A stretch of DNA of 64,000 nt from an uncultured Opitutus sp. (lineage in GTDB: Bacteria; Verrucomicrobiota; Verrucomicrobiia; Opitutales; Opitutaceae): assembly GCA_964460715.1 (NCBI GenBank), contig CAYWRG010000018.1, forward strand, positions 773-64,772, given 5' to 3'. How positions within the stretch are numbered: position 1 is the first letter of the stretch; the number at the start of each line of letters is the position of its first letter. The notes beneath the pieces are model-generated. The model made no database searches, had not been told where the DNA came from, and saw nothing but the letters and a program-made list of their open reading frames with translations. Shown piece after piece: positions 33,857 through 44,093 of the stretch. The position numbers were made by a program, and so were the translations under genes.

Positions 33857-35797
33857 CTAACCGGCGCGAAAGCGGAGGGCCAGTTCGCCGGCGTTGTGTG
33901 TCCAATCGAGTGTCGGTAGGCCGGATTTGGGCGCTGTCTTGCCTAGAATCGATTTGCGCGACAGGGGCCGGCCAGCTAGGCGCAGGATATCGACCCCATT
34001 CGTCACGGCGACGTGGCTGATCGACACGCGCCCAAGGCCGCGAACGGCGATGCGGACGGGCTGGGCGGGGTTGTCCACCGGGACGCTGAATCCTCGCCTG
34101 ATGCGCGCGCGCGGGCGGGCCGCGGCGGCGCGGAACTCAATGGTGAAGCGGGCGGCCAACTCGTGCCACGTTCTGTCATCCTGGTATTGCTCCACGATGA
34201 TTTTTTGCAGCGCGGGCGCATGATTGTGCACGGTGAAGCTCAGTTGCCAGCGGCCGCAAACCGGCGTGCCTTCCCAGGCAAGATCCGGATTGCGATGGCA
34301 CTGGCTCAACCACCGCAACCAGTCGCGCAGGCGCTGCTCATCGCGGTCGAGCATGGTTTCGTTCTGGCCTCGTTGCCCGGGATTACGTGACCGTCGCCAC
34401 ATGCGCAGGGCGGCATCACGGCCCCGGGCGATTGCGTCGTAAAACGCGGACGCCTCCGCCTGCAATTCCGCGATTCGCGTCGCTGCCGCGGGCGCGAGCA
34501 ATCCACGCCGCAGTACACGACGAATCGAGTAGACTCCGCGGACCGCACTCCGGACAAACACGTCGCGTTCGGCGAGGTAGTGTCGGAACGCGACGCTGGC
34601 GGCGAAGGGCTCCGGCAGGCGCTGCTTGCAGAGGCGTCCGAAGAATCGCGACTCGGCCGCAAAGGGTGCCGCGGATTCCGGCTGGGCGCATCCATCCCAG
34701 CGATCATTGATCTCCCAGCGCGCATAGCCGGCGAAAGCCCTTTCATCGCACCGCAGGGCGGCGCGGGCGGCCTCGCGGGCCCCGCTTTTCCCAAACACCC
34801 GCTCGAACCCCTTGGCGAGCATGTCCGTGTGGTTGTCAATGACCGGATCGGTCCAGAGGCAGGCGGCGGCAGCGTCGACCACCGTTGTCATCTCGATCGC
34901 GAGGCGGTACGCCTCCCAGGAGCTGACGAGGAATCCGGCGGCTCCGGTCCGCTGGCAGCGGTTCCACCAGGAACGGATGTTGCCAAGTCGGTCCGCGAAA
35001 AGGGGCAGGGGTTCGAAGCGGAAGGCTCCGTTCATCGGACAACCCCAGTACTCGATTCCCTGCTTGTTCAGCGCGCCGGAAAGATCGTATTCGGAAAAAT
35101 TATACAACTCCATCCGAGGGTGGCGGCCAAACGGGTAGTAGTACCAGTCGTAGGCGATCACGCCGCGCGGAAGCAAGGGGATGGCCGCGGGCAGAAGTGC
35201 GAGCATGTCGGCCCACAGGCCCATGCGCAGCCCGTGCCCGGCAACCAGCGTGTGCAGCCGGCCGGCATGAGCGGCGAAATGTCCGGCGAGGCCGATCCGC
35301 GCTATTTCGTCCCGGCTGAGCGGATGCTTTCCCAGCTGGAATGACTCATCGAGTCCGACGTGGACTTTCCCCGCCGTGCAGAACGGCGCCATGTCGTGCA
35401 GCAGGCTGGCGGCGACCTCCAGCGTGCGCGGATGCAGCGGGCAGATCTGCCCGCGCTCCAGCGGGCTGCCATCCGGCGCGCGCAGCTCGTTTAAATCGCG
35501 AAACCGCGGATCCTTGATGAGGTACTGCGTGTGGCCGAGCAGATTGACGATCGGCACGACGCGAATGCCGGCACGATCCGCACCGGCGACCAGCCGCTCG
35601 AAATCGCGGTAGGAATAGGCGTCGGACCGGGCCAGGCCCGGCATACTGGGGTACTCGACTGCATCCTCCAGGTGGAGGTACAGTTCGTTGTAGCCCCAGT
35701 CGCCGTAGCGGGGAAGCTGGGCCAGCAGCCAGTCAAGCCGTTCGACCTGACGAGCGAGGTCCCATTGGAAGGCGCGGATCATGGCGCCACCCGGCAT
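33857..35797 (-). CDS. Glycoside hydrolase family 20-like protein (beta-N-acetylhexosaminidase-like catalytic domain plus C-terminal extension)
   Basis: FQWDLARQ...YNELYLHLED...IVNLLGHTQ...VHVGLDES resembles the GH20 TIM-barrel pattern, but the family assignment is approximate. Start set at the ATG at 35797 to avoid overlap with tal. Confidence 0.5.
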   Translation of the reverse strand: MPGGAMIRAFQWDLARQVERLDWLLAQLPRYGDWGYNELYLHLEDAVEYPSMPGLARSDAYSYRDFERLVAGADRAGIRVVPIVNLLGHTQYLIKDPRFRDLNELRAPDGSPLERGQICPLHPRTLEVAASLLHDMAPFCTAGKVHVGLDESFQLGKHPLSRDEIARIGLAGHFAAHAGRLHTLVAGHGLRMGLWADMLALLPAAIPLLPRGVIAYDWYYYPFGRHPRMELYNFSEYDLSGALNKQGIEYWGCPMNGAFRFEPLPLFADRLGNIRSWWNRCQRTGAAGFLVSSWEAYRLAIEMTTVVDAAAACLWTDPVIDNHTDMLAKGFERVFGKSGAREAARAALRCDERAFAGYARWEINDRWDGCAQPESAAPFAAESRFFGRLCKQRLPEPFAASVAFRHYLAERDVFVRSAVRGVYSIRRVLRRGLLAPAAATRIAELQAEASAFYDAIARGRDAALRMWRRSRNPGQRGQNETMLDRDEQRLRDWLRWLSQCHRNPDLAWEGTPVCGRWQLSFTVHNHAPALQKIIVEQYQDDRTWHELAARFTIEFRAAAARPRARIRRGFSVPVDNPAQPVRIAVRGLGRVSISHVAVTNGVDILRLAGRPLSRKSILGKTAPKSGLPTLDWTHNAGELALRFRAG

Positions 35798-35801
35798 GCG
35801 C

Positions 35802-36746
35802 TCACTTCCGTTTGGCGGCGATGAGCTGCTCAAGCTTCACAATGTCGGCGGAGAACAAACGGATGCCTTCGGCCGTCTTCTCGGTGGCCATGGCATCCTC
35901 GTTGAGGGCAAAGCGGAATGCCTTTTCGTCAAAGGAGACGCGCTTCAGGTCGGCGGCCGCTGCCTTCGCCGGGTCGAGCTTGCGGACGATCGGATCGGAG
36001 GACGACTTGAGTTCGGCCAGCAGTGGCGGAGCAATCGTGAGGAGATCGCAACCGGCGAGTTCGAGGATCTCGCCCTTGTTGCGGAAGCTCGCGCCCATCA
36101 CCTCGGTGCGGTACCCGAATTTCTTGTAGTAGGTGTAGATCTGGGTGACCGAGATGACACCTGGATCGGCGGCGCCTGCGAACTCTTTGCCGGTGCTCTT
36201 CTTGTGCCAGTCGAGGATGCGGCCGACAAATGGGGAGATCAGCTGGATGCCGGACTCGGCGCAGGCGACGGCCTGGGCGAATGAGAACAGTAGGGTCAGA
36301 TTGCAGTGAATGCCTTCCTTTTCGAGGATCTCGGCGGCCTTGATGCCTTCCCAGGTCGAGGCGATCTTGATGAGGATGCGGTCACGACCGATGCCGGCCT
36401 TTTCGTAGAGGGCGACAATCTCGCGGGCCTTGGTCAGCGTGCCATCGCGATCAAAGGAAAGGCGGGCATCGACTTCGCTGGAAACGCGGCCGGGGACGAT
36501 TTTCAGGATCTCCAGACCAAAGACCACCAGCAGACGGTCGATCACGCGGTCCAGCGCGGCGGTGGCGCCGGCGTCCTTGATCGCCTGATCGACGAGATGC
36601 GCATAGTCAGGCATCGCGGCGGCTTTGAGAATGAGCGAGGGATTCGTCGTCGCGTCCTGCGGGGCGAATTCCTTCATGCTGACGAAGTCGCCGGTGTCGG
36701 CGACAACCTTGGTGTACTGCTTCAGTTGATCGAGCTGGGTGGGCAT
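35802..36746 (-). CDS. tal: Transaldolase
   Basis: [21 protein letters not shown]...[12 protein letters not shown]...[12 protein letters not shown]...NLTLLFS. Confidence 0.95.
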   Translation of the reverse strand: MPTQLDQLKQYTKVVADTGDFVSMKEFAPQDATTNPSLILKAAAMPDYAHLVDQAIKDAGATAALDRVIDRLLVVFGLEILKIVPGRVSSEVDARLSFDRDGTLTKAREIVALYEKAGIGRDRILIKIASTWEGIKAAEILEKEGIHCNLTLLFSFAQAVACAESGIQLISPFVGRILDWHKKSTGKEFAGAADPGVISVTQIYTYYKKFGYRTEVMGASFRNKGEILELAGCDLLTIAPPLLAELKSSSDPIVRKLDPAKAAAADLKRVSFDEKAFRFALNEDAMATEKTAEGIRLFSADIVKLEQLIAAKRK

Positions 36747-36757
36747 AGGGAAGACAG

Positions 36758-38164
36758 TTAGTTTAGATTTGGGTAGCGATGGCGCAAATGGTTTTGTAGC
36801 CAGGCAACCCCGGTTGGTTCATCGGTGAAGACCCCGTCGAGCTGAGCTTCAAAGGCGGCGTCAAGAATCGGTTTGAATGAAGGCCCGGGCTTGATGCCCT
36901 GCGCCACGAGGTGACGGCCGAGAATCAAGGGCGTGGGGGCGGCGTGCTGCAGTGACAGCTGACGCGCCCGCGATCGCAGACGTTCGATGTAGGCGAGGGT
37001 GTCGGGGGAGTGGAGGGGTGGTCGGCCCCGTGAATCAGAGACCATCACCGTGCAAAGATCATCGATCGTCGCGGGCGCGAGCTTGCGGGCGAGCCGACGG
37101 ACCTGGGTGTCAGTATAAAGACCGTTGCGGCTGTGGTGGTGGGCGAGGTGATGCATCACCAGCGGGCCGACGACCGGAGCTAGGTCGAGTGGCGCGCCGA
37201 TGCCGGTCAGAAAGCGTTCGGCCGGGGCGACGCCGGCCGCCTCGTGGCCCAGACTTGTCCAGCGCATCACGCCGCGCCGCTCCATGCGCTTTGTCGTGGG
37301 CGGTTTGCCGAAATCGTGGGTCAGGACGGCAAAGGAAAGCAGGCGTCGCTTGTCTGCGGGTGCGTCCTTCCAGTCGGCCAGCTTGGTCAGGGCTTCGAGG
37401 CAGTGTCCCGTATGATCAAAGACGTCGCCCTCCGGGTGCCACTCGGGTTCCTGCGGGCAACCGCGTAGCGCGGCGAGTTCGGGGAAGTGGATGAGCCAGC
37501 CGCTCTGCTCAAGGACGGCCAAACCGCGTGCGGGCCGAACGCCTTTGACCGCCCATTTATCCCATTCATGCCAAACGCGCTCGATCGGAAGCTCTTTGAA
37601 GGTCGCTGAAATCGAACGACAGAGGGCGGCGGTCTCTGGGGCGAGGGAGAGGTCGAATCGGGCCGCGAACTGAAAGGCGCGCAGAACACGCAGCGGGTCA
37701 TCCACGAATGCGGGGCCGGTGTGGCGCAGGATTTTGGCTGCGAGGTCCTTTTCTCCGCCCAAGGGATCGATCAGGGTCTGCGCGAAGGGATCATAGGCGA
37801 TCGCGTTGATCGTGAAGTCGCGGCGGGCGGCTGCATCCCGGTCGTCGAGCGTCGGATCGGGCTCAACCGCGAATCCACGGTGGCCGGCGCCGGTCTTTGA
37901 TTCGCGACGAGGTAAGCTGAAATCATAGTCACGCGAGCCTAGACGCAATTTGATGACACCAAAACTGCGGCCGACGATGTCGGTCGCTCCGAACGGCGCC
38001 AGGGTGCGATGAAGCGCCTCAAAGGTCGTTCCGCCGACTTCCACGTCGAAGTCGGATGACTCGAGCCCCAGCAGCCAGTCACGTACGCAACCGCCCACCA
38101 GCCGTGGGCGGCCGGAGGATTGCAGGGCGTTCAGGACGGGGCCGAGTTCGGCGGGAAGGCGCAT
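36758..38164 (-). CDS. cca: CCA-adding enzyme / tRNA nucleotidyltransferase with HD domain
   Basis: Internal ATG at 38164. [12 protein letters not shown]...DFDVEV, RDFTINA, and an HD domain (LTHDFGKP). Confidence 0.85.
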   Translation of the reverse strand: MRLPAELGPVLNALQSSGRPRLVGGCVRDWLLGLESSDFDVEVGGTTFEALHRTLAPFGATDIVGRSFGVIKLRLGSRDYDFSLPRRESKTGAGHRGFAVEPDPTLDDRDAAARRDFTINAIAYDPFAQTLIDPLGGEKDLAAKILRHTGPAFVDDPLRVLRAFQFAARFDLSLAPETAALCRSISATFKELPIERVWHEWDKWAVKGVRPARGLAVLEQSGWLIHFPELAALRGCPQEPEWHPEGDVFDHTGHCLEALTKLADWKDAPADKRRLLSFAVLTHDFGKPPTTKRMERRGVMRWTSLGHEAAGVAPAERFLTGIGAPLDLAPVVGPLVMHHLAHHHSRNGLYTDTQVRRLARKLAPATIDDLCTVMVSDSRGRPPLHSPDTLAYIERLRSRARQLSLQHAAPTPLILGRHLVAQGIKPGPSFKPILDAAFEAQLDGVFTDEPTGVAWLQNHLRHRYPNLN

Positions 38165-38169
38165 TTCAG

Positions 38170-38535
38170 TCAGGGAGTGGGGGAGCGCGCGATCGCGTCC
38201 TTGATCACCAAGCCCCAGCCGATCAAAAGGGCGAGTCCACCGAGTGGCGTGATGGGGCCAAGCCAAGCCGGGCCTCCGAGGGCCATGGCGAAGAGTGATC
38301 CGCTAAAAAGGAGCAGGCCCAGCGTCCAAGCCCATGCCGCCTTGGTCGCGGGCTTGGTTGAGTAGCTGGTTGCGTAAATAGCTACGCAGTGAACGAGTTG
38401 ATAGAGCACGGCCGTATCCCAAGCGGACGTCATTTGCCGGGCTGCCAGAGTATCCTTGAGGGCATGCGCGCCGAAAGCTCCGAGGCCGACCCCGGTGAGT
38501 CCAAGCAATCCCGCCACTAATCTTAGTTTTTGCAT
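38170..38535 (-). CDS. DUF423 (YgdD-like) membrane protein
   Basis: ATG at 38535. GLGAFGAHAL...YQLVH...GSLFAMAL pattern typical of DUF423. Confidence 0.7.
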   Translation of the reverse strand: MQKLRLVAGLLGLTGVGLGAFGAHALKDTLAARQMTSAWDTAVLYQLVHCVAIYATSYSTKPATKAAWAWTLGLLLFSGSLFAMALGGPAWLGPITPLGGLALLIGWGLVIKDAIARSPTP

Positions 38536-38711
38536 ATACTTATGGAGTTGGCCCGACGTTTGCTGACGGAACAGTGATAAGTTTCGTCGGTCTTCAGGCA
38601 TCCGAGGATAAGGTGACGAATGCGTAAATTCTTGATTTTTACAATTTCGTGGCCTTGATTCGAGGCGCCGTTGTCTGACGGCAACTTATTAAACTACAGA
38701 AAAACAACACT

Positions 38712-39398
38712 ATGAAAAAGACTGCAATCCTTCTGGCAGCCCTCGTGGCCGGAGCTTCCCTCCAGGCTCAGGCGCCGGCTTCGTCCTACACCATCACGGT
38801 CGACTTCCCCTACGCCAGCGAATACGTTTTCCGCGGCACGAAGCTCGCCGATGATTCGTTCCAGCCTTCCGTCGAGATCGCGAAGGACAACTGGTACGCG
38901 GGCGTCTGGACGAACCAGCCCCTCATCAACAACACCGACAATGAGGTCGATTTCTACGCCGGTCTGGGTCTCCCCCTGAACGACACGTGGAAGATTGATA
39001 CGGGTGCGACGCTCTACTGGTATCCTGAGCTCGACAAGTCCACGGGCCTCGATTCCACGACGTTCGAAGGCTATGTCGGCATCACCGGCACGGTTTCGGG
39101 CTTCACCCCGAGCTTCTACACCTACTACGACTTCACCCTCGAGGCGTGGGCGTTCCAGGCTTCCGTCGGCTACAGCATCCCGCTGGCTGACAAGCTCTCG
39201 CTGGATCTCACCGGCACCGTTGGTCTCGTCGAGCCTGATCTGGGTGACAACTACACCTACTACGGCATCGGCGCGGTCCTCCCGTACAAGCTGACCGACA
39301 AGGCCACGGCTTCCGTTGGCGTTCAGTACGCCACGACCGACGTCACCGGCTCCGAGGACGAGCTCTACGTCACGGCTGGCATCACGATCGGCCTTTAA
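38712..39398 (+). CDS. TorF-family putative outer-membrane porin
   Basis: 228 aa with a signal peptide. SEYVFRGTKLADDSFQPSVE...WYAGVWTN pattern (the Gcw_chp/TorF family as I recall it). Confidence 0.65.
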   Translation: MKKTAILLAALVAGASLQAQAPASSYTITVDFPYASEYVFRGTKLADDSFQPSVEIAKDNWYAGVWTNQPLINNTDNEVDFYAGLGLPLNDTWKIDTGATLYWYPELDKSTGLDSTTFEGYVGITGTVSGFTPSFYTYYDFTLEAWAFQASVGYSIPLADKLSLDLTGTVGLVEPDLGDNYTYYGIGAVLPYKLTDKATASVGVQYATTDVTGSEDELYVTAGITIGL

Positions 39399-39425
39399 GG
39401 TCGTTCGACGGTCCAAGCTCCCTTC

Positions 39426-39459
39426 AAACCCGTCCCCGCACCTGCGGGGGCGGGTTTTT
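39426..39459 (+). terminator. Rho-independent terminator
   Basis: aaacccgtccccgca / cc / tgcgggggcgggttt followed by tttc. Confidence 0.8.
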
Positions 39460-39525
39460 CGTTCAGCCCCCTAAAATGCAGGTTGACAGCCCTGAAGTCC
39501 GGCCTAGTTCTAGACCTCTTTTCTC

Positions 39526-39954
39526 ATGAAAACGTTCCTCGCCAAAAAGGAGACCGTCCAACCCAAGTGGCATCTTATCGATGCCGAAGGACAGGTCCTT
39601 GGCCGCCTCGCGGTTAAAGCAGCCAACATCATCCGTGGCCGCCACAAAGCTTCCTACACGCCCAGCGTCGACACCGGCGATTACGTCGTGATCATCAATG
39701 CCGAGAAGGTCGTCCTCACCGGTAAGAAAGAAGAGCAGAACAAGTACATGTTCTTCTCCGGCTACGTCGGTGGCGAGAGCTACCGCAAGCTGAGCGAGCA
39801 GCGCGTTCGCAACCCCGCCTTCATCATCAAGCACGCCGTCAAGGGCATGCTGCCGAAGAACCGGATTGCCGCCGACATGCTGACCAAGCTGCGCGTCTTC
39901 GCAGGTCCCACCCACACGCACGAGGCGCAGGCCCCGGTCAAAATCTCCGTCTGA
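39526..39954 (+). CDS. rplM: 50S ribosomal protein L13
   Basis: MKTFLAKKETVQPKWHLIDAEGQVLGRLA...GYVGG... Confidence 0.97.
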   Translation: MKTFLAKKETVQPKWHLIDAEGQVLGRLAVKAANIIRGRHKASYTPSVDTGDYVVIINAEKVVLTGKKEEQNKYMFFSGYVGGESYRKLSEQRVRNPAFIIKHAVKGMLPKNRIAADMLTKLRVFAGPTHTHEAQAPVKISV

Positions 39955-39959
39955 TTTCC

Positions 39960-40361
39960 ATGAGCGCTGATACCGCCACTCTTTTCCTCGGCACCGGCCG
40001 CCGCAAGACCTCCACTGCTCGCGTCCGTATCACGGAAGGCACCGGCAAGCTCACGGCCAACGGTCGTGACTTCGAGGCTTACTTCTCCCACGAGAATTTC
40101 GCCAAGCAGGCCTACGCCCCCCTCGCCACGGTCGAGCTTCGTGAGAAGATCGACGTTGTTGCGAACGTTTCCGGCGGCGGCGTCGCTGGCCAGGCAGGTG
40201 CGGTTGCCCACGGCATCGCCCGCGCCCTGCAGAAGATGAACCCGGAACTCCGTGCGGCCCTCAAAAAGGCCGGCCACATGAAGCGCGATCCCCGCGCCAA
40301 GGAGCGTAAGAAGCCCGGCCAGCCCGGCGCTCGCAAGCGCTACCAGTTCTCGAAGCGCTAA
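39960..40361 (+). CDS. rpsI: 30S ribosomal protein S9
   Basis: GTGRRKTSTARV...GGGVAGQAGAV.HGIARAL...DPRAKERKKPGQPGARKRYQFSKR. Confidence 0.97.
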   Translation: MSADTATLFLGTGRRKTSTARVRITEGTGKLTANGRDFEAYFSHENFAKQAYAPLATVELREKIDVVANVSGGGVAGQAGAVAHGIARALQKMNPELRAALKKAGHMKRDPRAKERKKPGQPGARKRYQFSKR

Positions 40362-40383
40362 AGTCGACGCCTCGCGTTTTTTC

Positions 40384-40424
40384 AAAGGCCGCCTTCCCGT
40401 ATCGGGGGCGGCCTTTTGCTTTTA
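40384..40424 (+). terminator. Rho-independent terminator after rplM-rpsI
   Basis: aaaggccgcc ... ggcggccttt followed by tgctttt. Confidence 0.8.
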
Positions 40425-40512
40425 GCTCCGCACCGCGTTGGGTTGTCGCGGCCGTGTCCTCCCTGTCTCCCTTCTTGGATTTCTTCTCAAATCTGTTTCC
40501 ACTGCACCTATC

Positions 40513-41535
40513 ATGAAAGTTGGTATCATTGGCGCTTCCGGTTACTCCGGCGAACTTCTGGTTAAGCTCCTCCTCGGTCATCCAAAGGTGACGCTCGCTG
40601 CGGTGACGTCGCGCAGTCAGGTCGGCAAGCCATTGGCGGCCGTCATTCCGGCCTTGCGTGGTCAGGATCGGGGCCTGTGCTTTGTCGATTCCGACGCGGT
40701 GGCGCTCGCGGCCAGCGACATCGATCTGTTCTTCCTCGCGCTGCCGCACGGGGCGGCTGCCGATTTCGCCAAGGTCCTTGTGCCGGCGGGCAAGCGGGTG
40801 ATCGACCTGAGCGCCGACTTCCGGATCGCGGATCTGGCCACGTACGAGCGTTACTATGGCAAACACCATGCGCCCGAATTGCTGCCCTCGGCCCGTTTTG
40901 TCCTGCCGGAGCTGACTCCGCCGGCATGGAAGGCTGAAGCGAAGCTGGTGGCTGCGCCTGGCTGCTACCCGACGAGCGTGCTCGTACCCTTGGTGCCGTT
41001 GTTGCGCGACGGGATCGTTTCCCGGCAGCACATCGTGGTTAACTCGCTCAGCGGCGTCAGCGGCGCCGGCCGCAAGGTCGATGAGATGTACCTTTATGTT
41101 GAACGGGCGGAGAGCGCCAAGGCCTACGGGCTCGTCAAGCACCGGCACTTGGCCGAGATCGAGGAGCAGCTCGCGCTCCGGACCGGAGCGGCTGCGATCA
41201 TCCAGTTTAATCCGCATCTGGCGCCCATGCGCCGGGGGATAGCCACGACCATCACGGTACCTGCCTCCAATCCGTCGATCGAGGCGCTCTATGCCGCGTG
41301 GCGGACCACTTACGGGTCATCGCCGTTCGTCCAGCTGCTGCCCACGGGTGAAACCCCGGACACGGCTCACGTGGTCGGCACCAATCGGGTCGACATGTCG
41401 GCGGCCTACGACGCGCGCACGGGCAATTTTGTCATCACGTCGGCTGAGGACAATCTGTTCAAGGGGGCGAGCGGCCAGGCGGTCCAGATCATGAACCTCT
41501 GGTGCGGATTCCCCGAAACCAGCGGTCTGGTTTAA
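40513..41535 (+). CDS. argC: N-acetyl-gamma-glutamyl-phosphate reductase
   Basis: ATG at 40513. MKVGIIGASGYSGELL...PGCYPTS... Confidence 0.92.
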   Translation: MKVGIIGASGYSGELLVKLLLGHPKVTLAAVTSRSQVGKPLAAVIPALRGQDRGLCFVDSDAVALAASDIDLFFLALPHGAAADFAKVLVPAGKRVIDLSADFRIADLATYERYYGKHHAPELLPSARFVLPELTPPAWKAEAKLVAAPGCYPTSVLVPLVPLLRDGIVSRQHIVVNSLSGVSGAGRKVDEMYLYVERAESAKAYGLVKHRHLAEIEEQLALRTGAAAIIQFNPHLAPMRRGIATTITVPASNPSIEALYAAWRTTYGSSPFVQLLPTGETPDTAHVVGTNRVDMSAAYDARTGNFVITSAEDNLFKGASGQAVQIMNLWCGFPETSGLV

Positions 41536-41545
41536 GCGCGGGAAG

Positions 41546-42862
41546 TTAACTCCGGTAGTCGGCATTCTCACTCACGTATTCGTGGGTGAGATCGCCGCCG
41601 ATCACGGTGGCTTCGGCGCTGCCGCGGCCAAGATCGACCTCGATTTCGACGCTGCGCTCGTGGGCCGGAAAGTCGACGGGCGCGGAGAAAATCCCATCGG
41701 CAGTCGGCTTGCTCTGATAGAGTTCCGCTTCCTTGAGGTGGGCGGTGAGTGCCGCTTCCTTGTCCGGATTGAGGCGGAAGACGCCATCCGAGAAGAGCTC
41801 GATCCCGCCCATGTGCAGACGAAGGCCGGACAGGTCGACCGACGGTGCGTGGGCACCGACATGCTTGCCCACGGCCTGGACGAGCCGTCCCACATTAGGA
41901 TCGTTGCCGGCGACGGCACACTTGAAAAGCGGCGCGTTGACGATCGCCTTGCCCAAGGCGCTGGCGGTGGCGGCGTCGGGGGCGTGACTCACGCGAACAC
42001 GGATCACATGGCGAACACCTTCGCCATTTCGCACCACATCTTCGGCCAGGTCGCGGCAAATGCTGAGCAGAACCTGTTCAAACGCGGCGAGATCGGCGCA
42101 GGGCACTTTCCCTGACGACACCATGACCACGGTGTCCGAGGTGCTGGTATCACTGTCGATGCTGATGCGATTGAATGTCGTATCCACGACGCGGGTCAGC
42201 ATCGCCCGCAGGGTATCGCGTGGCACGACGAGGTCGGTGAGGATGTAGACGAGCATCGTCGCCAAGTTCGGCTCGATCATGCCGGCCCCCTTGGCGATGC
42301 CGACGATACGGCCTCCCTCAAGTTTCGCGGAGCGAATCTTGGGATAGAGGTCGGTCGTCACGATCCCCTCGGCTGCAGGGAGGATGGAGGAGGCGGTCAG
42401 GGCCGCAGAGGCTTGGGGCAGGGCCTTGATGATGGCCTCGGCGGGCAAGCTCCAGCCGATCACGCCCGTGGAGCAGGGCAGGACCTGCTTCGGCGCCAAA
42501 TTCAGGGCGCGGGCGGTTTCGGCACAGATCTGCTCAGCCGTTTCCACGCCGCCGGGCGCGCAGACGTTGGAGATCTTGTTGTTGATGATGATCGCTCCCA
42601 GCGAAGCCTCCTTGAGCCGCTGACGACCTACGATGACCGGCGCGCCGGGAAGGGCGTTGCGCGTGAAGACTGCGGCAAAGTCAGGTGTCGGCTGGTCGAG
42701 CGCGATCAGCGTCAGGGTCATCTTGGCAGGCTTCGGGGCTTCGCGCGGGACGAAGTCGAAACGCGTGGTGCCGACGCGGAACCCCTGGGGCAGTTCCGCC
42801 TGCTGGTTGAGCCACGCGCGGTGTTCCGCGCGGGAAGTGAAGGTCAGTGAAGTACTCGGCAC
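41546..42862 (-). CDS. argJ: Bifunctional glutamate N-acetyltransferase / amino-acid acetyltransferase
   Basis: 438 aa. KGAGMIEPNLATMLVYILTD autoprocessing-site region and an ...YVSENADYRS C-terminus. Confidence 0.9.
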   Translation of the reverse strand: MPSTSLTFTSRAEHRAWLNQQAELPQGFRVGTTRFDFVPREAPKPAKMTLTLIALDQPTPDFAAVFTRNALPGAPVIVGRQRLKEASLGAIIINNKISNVCAPGGVETAEQICAETARALNLAPKQVLPCSTGVIGWSLPAEAIIKALPQASAALTASSILPAAEGIVTTDLYPKIRSAKLEGGRIVGIAKGAGMIEPNLATMLVYILTDLVVPRDTLRAMLTRVVDTTFNRISIDSDTSTSDTVVMVSSGKVPCADLAAFEQVLLSICRDLAEDVVRNGEGVRHVIRVRVSHAPDAATASALGKAIVNAPLFKCAVAGNDPNVGRLVQAVGKHVGAHAPSVDLSGLRLHMGGIELFSDGVFRLNPDKEAALTAHLKEAELYQSKPTADGIFSAPVDFPAHERSVEIEVDLGRGSAEATVIGGDLTHEYVSENADYRS

Positions 42863-43125
42863 TTAGCGAGAAGTGTGCGGTGTGAGGCGTCGTGTGAAGC
42901 CCATTTTGACGCTAATGATGCAAACGGCCCGGGGTGAATTCGGCTCCTGTGATCAGAATTGTATGGAAATGCCGGCCACGCCTGTTTTATCGGTTTTCTG
43001 CTCGTTCGACACGTGACTGCATTTTTCATCCCCGCTGTGGCCGCAAAATTCTCGCAGACGCCATTCTGCATGGCGGGCTGCTGCCTGAGGTCAACGGAAC
43101 TGGCGCGGGGAACGGCAAGTTTTTG

Positions 43126-44007
43126 ATGAACGTTACCGAGATCACTGCCAAGGCGAAGGTGCTGCTAGAGGCCCTGCCTTACATTCAGGATTTTCGCGGC
43201 TCCACCTTCGTGGTGAAGTACGGCGGGAGTTTCATGGATGATCCCGATCCGGTCGCCCGGACGCGGGTCGCCTACGACATCGCGTTCCTGGCGGCCTGCG
43301 GCATCAATGTCGTGGTGGTGCATGGCGGCGGCAAAGCCATCACCAAGGCCATGGAGCAATCCGGGTTGAAGGCGAATTTCGTCAATGGCATGCGCGTGAC
43401 CGACGAGGCCACGGTCGCGATCGTGAAGAAGACGCTCGACGAGATCGTGAACCGGGACGTTTGCGAAGCGATTGTCACGGCCAAGGGTAAGCCAAAGGGC
43501 CTGGCGGGCGACAGCGTGCTCGTGTGCCAGAAGCTCACGGTGGACGACAATGGCAATGCGGTGGATCTCGGTTATGTGGGCGAGGTGACCGAGGTGAAGG
43601 TCAAGCTCATCAAGAAGGAGATCGCCGATGGCTTCATCCCGGTCATTTCTCCCGTGGCTGAAGGTTACGACGGCAAGCCGTACAATGTGAACGCGGACCT
43701 GGTGGCGGGTCGCGTGGCCAGCGCGCTGCGTGCACGCCGGCTCGTCTACATGAGCGATGTCCCCGGACTGCTGGCTGATCCTTCGGATCCGTCCTCGCTC
43801 ATCTCCACGCTCAAGATTTCCCAGGTTGACGACTTGAAGAAGAAGGGCGTGATCGACAAAGGGATGCGCCCCAAGGTCATGAGCGCGATCCGGGCGCTGC
43901 AGGAAGGTGTGCAGCGCGTACACTTCATCGACGGACGCCTGCCGCACAGCCTCCTGCTCGAGATTTTCACGGACCGTGGCATCGGTACGGAAATCGTTCA
44001 CGGTTGA
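43126..44007 (+). CDS. argB: Acetylglutamate kinase
   Basis: ATG at 43126. [19 protein letters not shown]...VVVHGGG... Confidence 0.92.
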   Translation: MNVTEITAKAKVLLEALPYIQDFRGSTFVVKYGGSFMDDPDPVARTRVAYDIAFLAACGINVVVVHGGGKAITKAMEQSGLKANFVNGMRVTDEATVAIVKKTLDEIVNRDVCEAIVTAKGKPKGLAGDSVLVCQKLTVDDNGNAVDLGYVGEVTEVKVKLIKKEIADGFIPVISPVAEGYDGKPYNVNADLVAGRVASALRARRLVYMSDVPGLLADPSDPSSLISTLKISQVDDLKKKGVIDKGMRPKVMSAIRALQEGVQRVHFIDGRLPHSLLLEIFTDRGIGTEIVHG

Positions 44008-44093
44008 GGGGCGCTGTACTTGTGGGTTCGCGTTTTTCGACTGACGGCCCATGCTGGCTGTAGTCGGATCCTGTCCGTCCATCTGACATCTTC

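Noticed and set aside
42863-43125. ARG-box-like operators in the argJ/argB divergent region (gtgaattc ... cagaattg; tgcatttttcat)
   Set aside because: These are only loose half-site resemblance to the TGAAT-N-ATTCA type consensus. No argR gene is in the window, and the evidence is too weak to call without comparative data.
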